Source: Antedon mediterranea (taxonomy: Eukaryota > Animalia > Echinodermata). Taken from it: a DNA stretch of 64,000 nucleotides. Location of the stretch: assembly GCF_964355755.1 (NCBI RefSeq), contig NC_092677.1:3494101-3558100 (forward strand). Reading direction: 5' to 3'. Below, piece after piece: positions 1 through 10,900 of this stretch; the first letter of the stretch is position 1, and the number at the start of each line of letters is the position of its first letter. The notes under the pieces were generated by a model, which saw nothing but the letters and a program-made list of their open reading frames with translations, had not been told where the DNA came from and did not search any database. A program made the position numbers and the translations under genes.

Positions 1-79
1 TAAAACCACTCGGCCATGGAAGAATCACCTACTGCAGATTTCGACGAAAAACTTAAATATTTTATTTTGTAAATTTTAC

Positions 80-3000
80 CTTCTAATCGTGGAACTAAGT
101 GGATAATGGCCGATTTCTTTGCCTTTCGTTTACGGCTTCCTTTTATTTCTGGTTCAAACTTTCTTGGTTTAATTATAGCTGAAAATAGAAAGCATTATGA
201 TATGAGGGTCGATTCAAGTTGGAGATGGAGTAAGTGCAGAATCTGTTTGGGCTTTAGCCTATTCTCATTCCTGGTTATTTTTACATTGATGACCGAATAA
301 TTATTATTATTATTAAATTTCAATTTAAGAACAACTACAGTAGAACTTCTATTCAGGGGACAACATTCGGACCAATTGTCCCCTTAATAGGGATGTCCTC
401 TGAATAGGAGTCGGCCGTAGTGTTAAATTGTATACTGTGTTGGTTTACAGGAAAGTGCCTTAATAGGAGGGTCTTTTAAGTGGAGTGTCCTCTGAAAACA
501 GGTGTCCATACGTGTCCCTTAATAGGGGTGTCTCTTAAGTGAGATGTTCCCTGAATAGGGGTGTCCAAAATGATGAGTTTCACTGTAAAAATAAGTTTAA
601 GAATGAATAACAATTTACCATTTTCGTTCTTGTTCTTATGTTTACCATCTTTTCTGAAAAACATGGCGTTCTTGTACATTTTGGCGCTCTTCTTTGATCG
701 TTGGGCTTTGGTCTTGGGTCGGAACTGATCCATGGACAACTGAGGTAACGCTGCTAATTTTGCCTCGATATTTATTTCTCCATAATCACTAGAGAAACAA
801 AATTTAAATTGGTTATACATTTACTTTAACCAATGGTTAGTTCGTCTATTTTTTCTTAAGCTCTGCCTACATCACCTTTTTTGTCACATAAAGTTTTGAA
901 GCTCTGTCTACACTATCAAAGTTATGTGACAAAAGAATTTGATGTGCCCATATATGGACATGATGATGTCATACCACTACCATATTTGGGTATATCACTA
1001 CCATATTTGGGCACATCACACTTTTTTGTCAAACTAGTTTGATAGTGTGGACAGAGCTTTCGTCTTAGTGTAAACTTACATAATGTTTGAACCACACCCA
1101 CTGATTGTCCTCCTCCGCCTCTTTTTACCAGTTTTCTGCCATTTCTCTATTTCTTGCTCGAAAATCATATCTTCCTCGTCGGTAAAAGTTGTGTTCTCAT
1201 GCCGCCACGTCTTCTTACAGTTGAAAGGTCGTTCTTGACGTTGCAACGTCTCCAACATCCCTTCCATTACAAACTCACGATAAAGACGCCCTTTGCACGA
1301 CCGCGATGACTGTCTCCGTCTTGGAGTCCCACTCTCATCATCAGAAATTTGATCGTTGTCTGATTTGATCTTTGTGCCGTCATCGTCCATGTCTTGTACG
1401 TCTAACCTATCGTCGCAATCCGCATCGTTTTCATCTAATGAATTCGGTTTGCTTTTACTTGCGCTTTTGTCTGTTTCTTTCTCCTTACTCTTGGATTTCT
1501 TTTTCTTCTTTCCTTTACCTTTCATCTTTGATCCTGCTTTCTGACACTCTTCATCTTTTGAACAATCAGAAGTTTCCTTATTTTTTATATTGTCTTTTTT
1601 ATCTAAACGTTTTTTACTGTGACAGTCTTTCTTTCTCTTTTTCTTGCACGACCCATGTGCAGAGGCAACATCTTCATCATCACTTTGTTCACATTTTGTG
1701 GAAGAATTTGGACTTTTCTTGCTCTCATACTGTTCCTTCTCCTTCCGTTTCATCATAACTGACATTGGCAGGCGATCAGAGCACATCTAAAAAAAAAACC
1801 ACATATGGCATATTAGTAGTTGTGTGGTGTTGGGGGTTATGATGTTTGGCTACCAATTCAAGGGTCCTGGGTTCAAGTCCTGTCATATGTCAGGATTTTT
1901 TCTAATGACAATTTACAACTCCACTCCTAAAGACTTGTAATAAGACTTTGTTTATGTAGAGGATCTTGTGTTTATGTTTGTCTTAAGAACAGGATTGACA
2001 CGTTTAAGGATAGTGAATTAATTCACTTTTGGTTATCCTTGGCAATTTGCCTAAATATATAAAAAAACAACTGTGAAGATTTCTCATTATAATAAAAATT
2101 AAACAAATTATGTCTGTCAAGTTCTGTCTACACTATCACACTTTATGTGACAAAAAATTTGATGTGCACATGGACACAATAACATCATATTACTACCATA
2201 TTTGGCCACTTTTTTTGTTAAAACTAATTTGATAGTCCAGACTAGACATTACCTGAGCCAGTTGAAAGAGAGTCGATGTTGGGCTAACAGGTTCTTCATC
2301 CTCAACCTCTTGCTTGCAGCTCCCTGATGAACTCTCTGGTTTCACCATGGCGTGTTGTCCAGCTAGTAAGAGCATGCTTAGACCTCCCATGCTTTCAGGA
2401 TCTAAATAAAAAATGAAATCAGAGTGTAGCCATCGAATTTGACAAACTACTAGTAACATTTTTTTTTCTTCAATTTATTATTTTATTTCATACGCATCCA
2501 ACAGCGAGTAACTCGCCAATAACAGGATGGATAAACTATTTTATAATTTATCGTGCTTATAAACTAAGTCTCATTTAAGGCTTAGGGAGTGGAATTGAGT
2601 CATAAGTTACAACCATGGCACTAGGTCAGGATTGAACCCAGGACCTAGGTCAGGATTGAACCCAGGACCTAGGTCAGGATTGAACCCAGGACCTAGGTCA
2701 GGATTGAACCCAGGACCTAGGTCAGGATTGAACCCAGGACCTAGGTCAGGATTGAACCCAGGACCTTGGGATTGGAATACAACCACCAAGCTACAGCTCT
2801 ATTGAGGGGACACCAAAAGTGACCCCTTAAAAGTGGTTTCCACTAGAGATGCTAGATGCGCAATGCAAACAAGTTGACCAATGACAAGCCACTGTTCGAA
2901 TAATCCATCGCATGTGACTGGTCAAATCTCTTACGCTGCGTTACGTCTTTGCGTTGTGTCGTTAGTGGGAACCAAACTTTAGGGTGTCCTCTGAATAGGA

Positions 3001-4368
3001 GTTGGCTGTAGTGTTAAAACCGATATTGCTCCTTGTCCCATAAATAGGGTTGTCCCAAAGGAGAGGTTCTACCTACCTGCTAGTTTACCAACTGTAATGC
3101 CCTCTTTGGCGATAAGACCAAGGTTCAACTTTGACACGTCCTTCATGGGAAACACCTTCCTAGACGATACCGGGCAAGCACTAGAGTTTGATTTGTGGCG
3201 ACTGGTTCCACACCATTTGTAGTCCGGATGGGCTTTCATAAAAGCTGCCTTACACTGCGACAAAAAATGTTAGTAAATTGGTTAAATGCTATACACATTG
3301 GATAGACAATGGGTTAGGGGGTGAGAACAAAAGATGGATGGATGTTACAGCAAATCAGATCAATTTTAAGGTGACCTTATGTTGACATGGAACTGAAAAC
3401 AACTCAAAGCAACTTTGTCAACATAAGCGCTCCATACAACTGACCAAATTTATGCACAGTTGCACAAAATATGCTGACATAAACACAGTTTAAACACAAC
3501 CCAAAATAAAATTGCATAAAGCGCTGTCTACACTATCAAACTAGTTTGACAAAAAAAGTGTGATGTGCCCAAATATGGTAGCGATATGCCCAAATATGGT
3601 AGTGATAGGACATCATCATGTCCATATATGGGAACATCACATTTTTTTGTTATATAAAGTTTGATAGTGTAGACAGAGCTTAAGTTACCTCTCTAGCTAA
3701 CTGTAAGTATCTGTTCTTTTCATCAGGATCCAAGACAGCCCACATGTCTGCTAGCATCTTGGTGCAAGAGCGGTTATCCAACCACGGGTGTTTCTGCTTC
3801 ACGATAGCACGATGTCTCTTGCAGAACAACAAGAATGCATTCATTGGCCGTCGCAACTGATTGTCATCAGTTAGGTTGTCACTCTGACCTTGTAAATTAA
3901 CGAGGTCAATATCGTTGTCATCAATCGTTGAGGATGATACAGCAATAGCTTCATCATCGGATAAATTCATTTCGGTTTTCTGAAGAACAATATTTTAATG
4001 TTAAAATTACAGCATATATCATCAATTTGAAAACATGGTTATAAGTATTGTAGAATATCAAATAGAGTTTTCAGTTGGTCATTTAATTTCAAGCTTGGTT
4101 CCCACTTAGACGCAACGCAAAGACGCAAGCAATTTGACCAATCATGAAATGTTTATGGATGATCCATCGAATCGTGATTGGTCAAATTACTTACGTCCTT
4201 GCATTCTAGTGGGAACAACACTTAAATGGTTGATGTTTCAATTGTCTTGCTGTATATATTTTCGGCAGCGCTTGAAGTGAACGACTGAAGTGAAATGAAC
4301 ATACCTGAAAAGAGGCTGGGTCACTAAACCTCCGAAAAAGTTTTTGATGAGGTGAAATTTTAGGCATG
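80..4368 (-). CDS. BBX: BBX (bobby sox)-like HMG-box transcription factor, multi-exon; 3' end lies beyond the window start
   Basis: GT-AG exons at about 4305-4368 (MPKISPHQKLFRRFSDPASFQ), 3689-3979 (HMG box RRPMNAFLLFCKRHRAIVKQKHPWLDNRSCTKMLADMWAVLDPDEKNRY), 3076-3255 (CKAAFMKAHPDYKW...GKLA), 2253-2401 (DPESMGGLSMLLLAGQHA, a BBX-type motif), 1080-1787, ~619-775 (IEAKLAALPQ) and 80-178 (GSRKRKAKKSAIIHLV, BBX C-terminal-type motif). Confidence 0.88.
226..315 (+). repeat. Retroelement-like 3' tail with (ATT)n, also present at 7530-7612
   Basis: GAGTAAGTGCAGAATCTG...TCCTGGTTATTTTTACATTGA..CCGAATAA followed by (TTA)n occurs at both places. Confidence 0.6.
336..588. mobile_element. Tc1/mariner-pogo-like MITE
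   Basis: TA|CAGTAGAAC...TTTCACTG|TA ends with internal GTGTCC(C/T)CT(G/T)AATAGG repeats. A related copy at ~2797-3071 has another MITE nested in it. Confidence 0.6.
899..1059. mobile_element. MITE family A (PIF/Harbinger-like), TIR AGCTCTGTCTACACTATCAAA
   Basis: ~20-bp TIRs with TWA-like flanks. Other copies at ~2120-2247, 3519-3681, 8639-8802, 9131-9268, 9478-9740, 13680-13930, 19732-20019, 29320-29465, 30605-30700, 39307-39441, 43992-44100, 47308-47416, 54410-54567, 58666, 60297 and 63508-63616. Confidence 0.85.
1815..2065 (+). mobile_element. tRNA-derived SINE, degenerate
   Basis: A-box-like TGTGGTG..GG, B-box GGTTCAAGTCC, and a body (ACAACTCCACTCCTAAAGACTTG..AAGACTTTGTTT) related to the minus-strand copy at 2555-2800. 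Confidence 0.55.
2620..2766 (-). repeat. 24-bp tandem repeat x6 built from a SINE B-box/T-arm
   Basis: (CTAGGTCAGGATTGAACCCAGGAC)x6. The reverse complement GTCCTGGGTTCAATCCTGACCTAG lies inside a tRNA-like SINE head. Confidence 0.9.
4090..4225. mobile_element. MITE family B (PIF/Harbinger-like), TIR AAGCTTGGTTCCCACTAG
   Basis: Palindromic ~150-180 bp elements with GACGCAACGCAA and CCAAT(C/G)ACAAGC subterminal motifs. Copies at ~2830-2980, 12620-12801, 19350-19508, 25683-26006, 29660-29890, 30305-30718, 36790-36949, 41363-41488 and 49750-49930. Confidence 0.8.
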
Positions 4369-5139
4369 ACTCAGTCTGAAGAAAAACAAAAAGAAGTTTT
4401 TTTTTTTAGATTTTGAAACAATCTACATTTATTTATGAGAATTTTTAAATAAATAAAAAATACACACATGTTTTAATGGATGAATTTATAAATAGCATGG
4501 TATAAAGTATACATTTTAAGTATCATAAGTATGTTTATAATGTGTTTAAAAAAAATGAAAATGCATGCACTTCTTGATTCCACACACGATGATGTTTTTG
4601 TAATCACCATGATTTTTCTTCCAGACAAAAAATTAGACTTTTCTTGCCTCATCAGATCAGCATCATCTTTTCTGTATATGTTGGAAAAAATAAATAAATC
4701 TGACAGCTTACTTACTTCACTGAATTTTTAACTTTTATTTTAGATATGTTAAGAAAAAAAATCAGATCTATATTCGCTAAGCCCTTGAACAGTTTTTGCT
4801 GTACGTCGTGGACTCGTCCCGCACAGCATCCACGGGCCGATCAGCACGATCTTGCTTGTTGTTTATGCTGCGCCGAGGGTTCACCAACTGGCACAATATG
4901 AAACGATTCTTAAACAACATTGCATTATCAAATAGTATTGTAAAATTGATGTATAGAAGTAGAAAGTATTATATTTCAATTACAAACTCATTCATACCTT
5001 TTGTGAACCTTTTGCCTCTCTAGTTGATCAGTTAATTAGGCTAGGCTGTGTATTTACTATTTTCATCGACACACCACGGCACCTACCCACAGCAGAACTG
5101 CGGCGATTAAGTAGGAAAACACATCAAACGCGAGAAATC

Positions 5140-5245
5140 TACTGGCTGGCTGAAAATATCGCGACCCATATCATTGCTTATTCATAATATGCAAAGTTTT
5201 TGTGACCTCCGTTTCCGGAATGTCAGACGGACGGCCCATAAAGAT
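5140..5245 (-). promoter_or_regulatory. Putative BBX promoter region
   Basis: CpG-richer stretch upstream of a candidate non-coding exon (donor near 4996), with a TTCCGGAA ETS-type palindrome and ATGCAAA. Based on position and motifs only. Confidence 0.3.
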
Positions 5246-7119
5246 AAGAACTACCCATAAATTAATATTTACACTTTTTATAAAAATGTACTAATCATTT
5301 TAAAGAAATAATCTTTCAAATAATTGTTTCAATTGGGCACGTAGAGGATGTTTAGTTTTATTTCCCTAACTCTGTCTTAACTTTAGACTAGAGTTTGGTT
5401 TTGAGTGTCATTGGAATAAAAGTTAACAAGAAATTTTTCCTACAAAAAACGCCGCTCGCTTTTTGACGTAACGGTTTTAAAGATATATTGTCCCCCTGAA
5501 ATTTGTTTTTTTCAAATTTGTTTTTGAATGTGTCATTTTATTGTCACATAATAGTTATTCACGTTAACCAAACAATTATTTACCTGGAAAAATGTAATTT
5601 AAAGCAAAACATACTTACATTGTCTGTCAGACAATGTTTTTGTTTGGTTATAATTGGTTATCCATTGTTATTGTCAGGATCTTTTTTGTTTCTATTTTTC
5701 TTTCCACGAATTTTGTTGCGCGTGTTTACAACCGTCCTCTGGTTTATACTAATAGCAAGGGTAAAACTAGATTCGTTTCCTCAAAATTACGTCATAAATA
5801 TGCAAATTTATGACGTAACGATTAGAATGACGTAATATGAAGCACGTATAAGACTATAATACTATTGAAAGATGGTATTGTAGTCATTCGCGGTCAACAC
5901 GCCACACTGTTCAATTTTGATTTTTGTGCTAAACATAACATTTACAACATCAAAAATCGGGTGGCGAAAGTTTATTTTTTAGTACTCTTGGGTTGGGCTT
6001 CTTTTCCAGATGGACCTAGCATACAGTAAGTTCTATGGCTCTGTGTATGGAAATAAATTTTCTCCTTGTGGGAACGAATAAAGATTATACTTGATACTTG
6101 ATGTAACAGCGCCCTCTATACTATACAAAAGTTTGTAAATAAATGTAGTATAGCAGACCAAAATCTTTCTTAACACCTGCGCCACGAGTAGGAGAAATAT
6201 AGTGACATCTCTGTATAACCAAACGATCAATGAGAATTGGTGGTGTGTGGTCCACCACGAGTAGGAGCTTTTTCAACTGTGTCTAATTTCATGTTTAAAA
6301 GGAACCAGAGAAATTGTAGCCTTTATTCCCAAACAAAAATCAATCATTTTCATCTTTTAATACAATATACAGTAACTTTTATTCATTTTTACATCTTGAA
6401 AGAAGTTTACGTCTCTAGTGGGTACCAAGCCTAAGTTTCATTGAAATTGCCTTAAAATTAGCTTCTCAAACTATTGATAAAAATAATTTTTTAAACATAA
6501 TTTTTTTAAACTACTTATTATAAAATTTAAAAAGTTACCAAAAGCAGAAATGAAAAGTTCAAAAGAAACTTTTGTACAGCCACATACATTAAACATTACC
6601 CAGCACCAAATGCTATGAAACACTAGGGAACATCTACCAATACCTAATATCGGATATTGGGGTGGTTGTGGGTGCTATCACAATGCTGATTGGTTTATAG
6701 GCATGTGTAGATGTTTTGTTCTAGTACCTCATAGTCTTTGATGCCTATACATGTAAACTTAACAGCCATGTTAATGAATGTAAGTATTATTTCATTTACC
6801 TAATGGATAACAACCACAAATAAAAAATGCATAAAAAATGACCATAACACAATCGAAACAAATGATTAAATGTCTTGCAAACTAAACTTTTGTTATTTTA
6901 AAATTTCTAACAAGTTAACAATCTGGAAACAAAGAAACAGTGTTATTTATATAACCTGGACATTGAAACTGGACATTAATTATAATGTCCAATGCATTCT
7001 GAAGACAGAACTTTCTGAACAACTGGACAACATCATAACTGTCATATTTCCCAACGATCTGGCTCTGACTGGTAGGATCCTATTTTTGGTCAGATTTTAC
7101 ACATTTATAAGTTCTTAAA

Positions 7120-7350
7120 CATTCCCAAACATGCATAGGCAATCAGTTGGGAGACAGGGAGGTCATGGCTCTCCAGGATTGGTTGGAACTCATCCAGCTG
7201 GTTCCCCATAAAAGAGCTATGACAGTCGAATGCCAAAACAACCTAAACCACCAGAGAAACCCCTTATGCCCTACATGCGATATAGTCATAGTGTCTGGGA
7301 TAAGGTGAAAAAAGAAAATCCTGATATGAAGCTCTGGGAGATTGGCAAAG
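7120..7350 (+). pseudogene. SMARCE1: SMARCE1/BAF57 HMG-box fragment (truncated, likely retrocopy)
   Basis: [40 protein letters not shown] matches the BAF57 signature [26 protein letters not shown]...LWEIGK. There is an in-frame TAA at ~7210 upstream, and homology stops mid-HMG box with no splice donor. Confidence 0.82.
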
Positions 7351-7962
7351 ACGATGATGATTATGCAGGTAATAGGAAAAGTGAAGAAGAGGAAGATGAT
7401 GACGATGATGCTACATTAATTCCCCAAGATCTTGAAGTGGATGTTCCAGACGAAGAAGTAGAAAATGGAATTTTTACAGGAAAGAAATTTACAATTCTTG
7501 AATTTCTTGAAGCCGAAGAACAATAGTATGGAGTGAGTGCAGAATCTGCTTTCGCCTATTCTTTTTATCCTGGTTATTTTTACATTGACCGAATAAATTT
7601 TATTATTATTATCATGTGACGTCCAAATCGAGTCTGGGTTTGAATCGGTTATCATGACTACATTTTTGATATGGGTTATTATATAATTTTAAGATGATTC
7701 TAATGCTATATCTTTACAGTAACATACAATTGTAGTTTAATAGTACTGTATTATTATACCATTTTTTATAAGTATCATTATGTAATAGTAATCTCTGTTT
7801 CATTATCAATATATCCTTTTCAAGACTGGATAGACAACTAGGCAATCTATGACAACAACGATAAAATCAATGTGTAAAACACGCGGTAGCGGTTTAATCG
7901 TACAAAAATAAACTCATTAAAGATGCATACTTTACATTTGCGTAAAATGATGAGTCATCAGC

Positions 7963-10900
7963 CTAAAGATTCTGATAGGCCAGTACACCTCGTCCCCTAC
8001 CTGTTCCCCGAAAGTACTCTTGTATCTGTTTGGTTTTTACTTCCGCCATGTTTCTGTTCAAACTTGGAAACTGTTGAGTTGTTTTGGGGGGTACTCCAGT
8101 AACTAAAAATAAGTGGAAAATATATACATTTCATTTCGAAACCTGAGCTGCACTGACGAGATCTAATAAGATCGAAACAGTACTGAGTGCAGATTAGATA
8201 CATAATATAATATACATTATTTATTGTTGCGGAAAATATTTGTCAGTTACTGCAGTAAGCAGTGTGTATGATTAGCCAAAAAGAGCTTTTAACAAGTATA
8301 CAAAATGTAGTTACTGCAGTAGAATAATTTTGACATGGTTCCTTACCTGCTACAAGACCTCTACCACGTCCAGCAGTCTGCCACGATGGAGCAGGTTGTG
8401 GCACTGCAGATGGAGGTGGTGCTACTTTACCGTTGGCGTACTTCTTGGGCATCGCACATTGCTTTTCAAAAGCTGCGGGTGGCCCTGAATTTTAGACAAA
8501 AACATGTTTGCTAATATGGAGTGCAAATTAATTATTGCAGAATAATTCAAATAATAAATTAAATATCTTTCTAAGAAGTTTATAGACATAATTATTTTAT
8601 AATACTTGTATATTATAACATATAATAATGTGAACAGGAAGCTCTGTCTACACTATCAAATTTGTTGGACAAAAAAAAGTGTGATGTGCCCAAATATAGT
8701 AGTGATATGCCCAAATATGGTAGTGATACGACATCATCATGTCCATATATGGGCAAATTACATTTGTTTGTCACATAAAATTTGATAGTGTAGACAGAGC
8801 TTTAGGAAACAAATACGTTTTAAATATATTTTTCTTAGGCCTTATGCTGACAAAGATTTACCTCCAAGAGATGGCCACTCATCAGCATTTGAAGCAGATA
8901 TATTAACATCTTGTTGATAAGGTTTTGAGCCAGGGTTCCATCCAGCATAATCTAGCCTGGGCATACCTTCTAGGTCCGGCTCAGAGGCTGGCTCGGAGGC
9001 GGTGTCTGTGAAGGACGTCTGGGATAAACTTCTACCAGGGACAGTAACTCCTATACTACCAGCAATCCCTAAATCAATATGGTAAAAGATCAAGTAAAAG
9101 CAATAATAAGATCTGCTATTCAAAGAGATAAGCTCTGTTTACACCACCAAACTAGTTTGACAAAAAAAAGTGTGATTTGCCCAAATATGGTAGTACCATA
9201 ACATCATCATGTACATGGGCACATCAGATTTTTTTTGTCAAACTAGTTTGATTGTGGAGACAGAGCTTAAGAAACAAAATGAGCTATAAAAAAGTAAGAC
9301 TGTGTGGGGTGTTAAAGGAGGATCTTCAACGGGGGAAAAGAGGGGGTGTGTGAGTGGGGAGATGAGGGGATATTAAAAAAACCCTGTTGGCTTCATTTGA
9401 CAACTTCAGAGTATTCTAGGTGGATAAAACCACAAACAGTACCACTTATTCTGATGTTATGTTGTTTTTCTCCTCTTAAGCTCTGTCTACACTATCAAAC
9501 TAATTTGATGTGCCCAAATATAGTAGTGATGTGCCCAAATATAGTAGTGATATGCCCAAATATAGTAGTGATATGCCCAAATATAGTAGTGATATGCCCA
9601 AATATAGTAGTGATATGCCCAAATATAGTAGTGATATGCCCAAATATAGTAGTGATATGCCCAAATATAGTAGTGATATGCCCAAATATAGTAGTGATAT
9701 GCCCAAATATAGTAGTGATATGCCCAAATATAGTAGTGAAAAACATTCATACCTCGTCCTTTTGGTCTTCTTAGTGGCTGCTCCTCTTGAAGCTATACAA
9801 TGATAAGATTGAAGATCACATATAAAAACTCAGCACTTAAAATACTATTATTATACAGGATTACTACATATTGAATTCAATTTTATATTTAGTATATCAT
9901 TTTTATAAAATACGTAGAAAATTGCTGAGACTACTGTATGCAAACAAAAAAAGTACAAAACGATGACATTCTATAACATTCAATGCTCATAAGAAACTTA
10001 ATCTTCTTTATGCAGTTACTGCAGTAAAATTAATTTGACATGATCTATACCTACCTCAGGTTTATTGTATCGTATGTCTCTTGATGCAAACGCAGAACCC
10101 GCACTCAGTTTCTCGGAAAGATCCCCATACCCATTTTGCTGTTACACAAAAGAAAAATCAATAATTGTTTGTAGGTTGGTTTCTCAACAAATAAAAACAA
10201 ATAAGTCATATATTTTGTTCAACTTTTTAGCTGGTTCTGAATCTGCGTATGTTTGGAGAAATCCCAAACAGAAAAAAAGAAATTAAACACTTCAGAGCCG
10301 TAGCCAGCTCTCGCTTCATCTGAAATTTTCCAGCCCAATTCCCCAGCACAGATCATCATATTTTATATTAATAATTGTATTTAAAGCCTCTTTGCCTTGT
10401 CTGTTTTAAGATCTCGCTATGACCTTGCACTTAAGTATCTTAGTTTTTGAGACACGATAACCGATAAATGTAAAGATGACGCAAAACAATGGTCTTACCC
10501 TATTCACAGGCATTTGATTCTGCCTAAGCGGAGGTGGCTTGTAACTCGAAGGGGTTGTATATGTATAATAGGATCGATCCGACCTCACAGGGCAATGCGA
10601 TGCAGTCAACTCAAAGTCATAAATAGTAGCAAGTGAATCACTCAAAATGTAACTAATAATTTAAAAAATACAGAAAAATATATACATGGTGGGCTTATAG
10701 TATACAGTACATCAGGGTGGGCTTATGCTAGAGTTAGTACGTTAATATTTTATAACTTACCAATGTATTTTAGCCACAGCAAGTGCACAATGCTTATTCT
10801 CCAATTCTTCATGGAAATCACATCTGCAGAGAAAAAAATTATTTTTATTAATCCGATTTCAATAATATTTAAAAATAATAACTTCTAATCTATTATTGGT

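Noticed and set aside
2607-2789. (GPGFNPDL)n ORF as a neuropeptide-like or structural repeat protein
   Set aside because: It is a by-product of the 24-bp SINE B-box array. There is no signal peptide, no cleavage sites and no synonymous variation.
7997-8203. Listed ORF as the last mael exon frame
   Set aside because: Splice phase puts the exon in another frame that ends at the TAG at 7963-7965.
9346-9803. Repetitive ORFs (MPKYSSD, HYYIWAY, GISLLYL; similar ones at 13704-14049 and 19749-20057)
   Set aside because: They are translations of the 21-bp MITE minisatellite, open in several frames on both strands.
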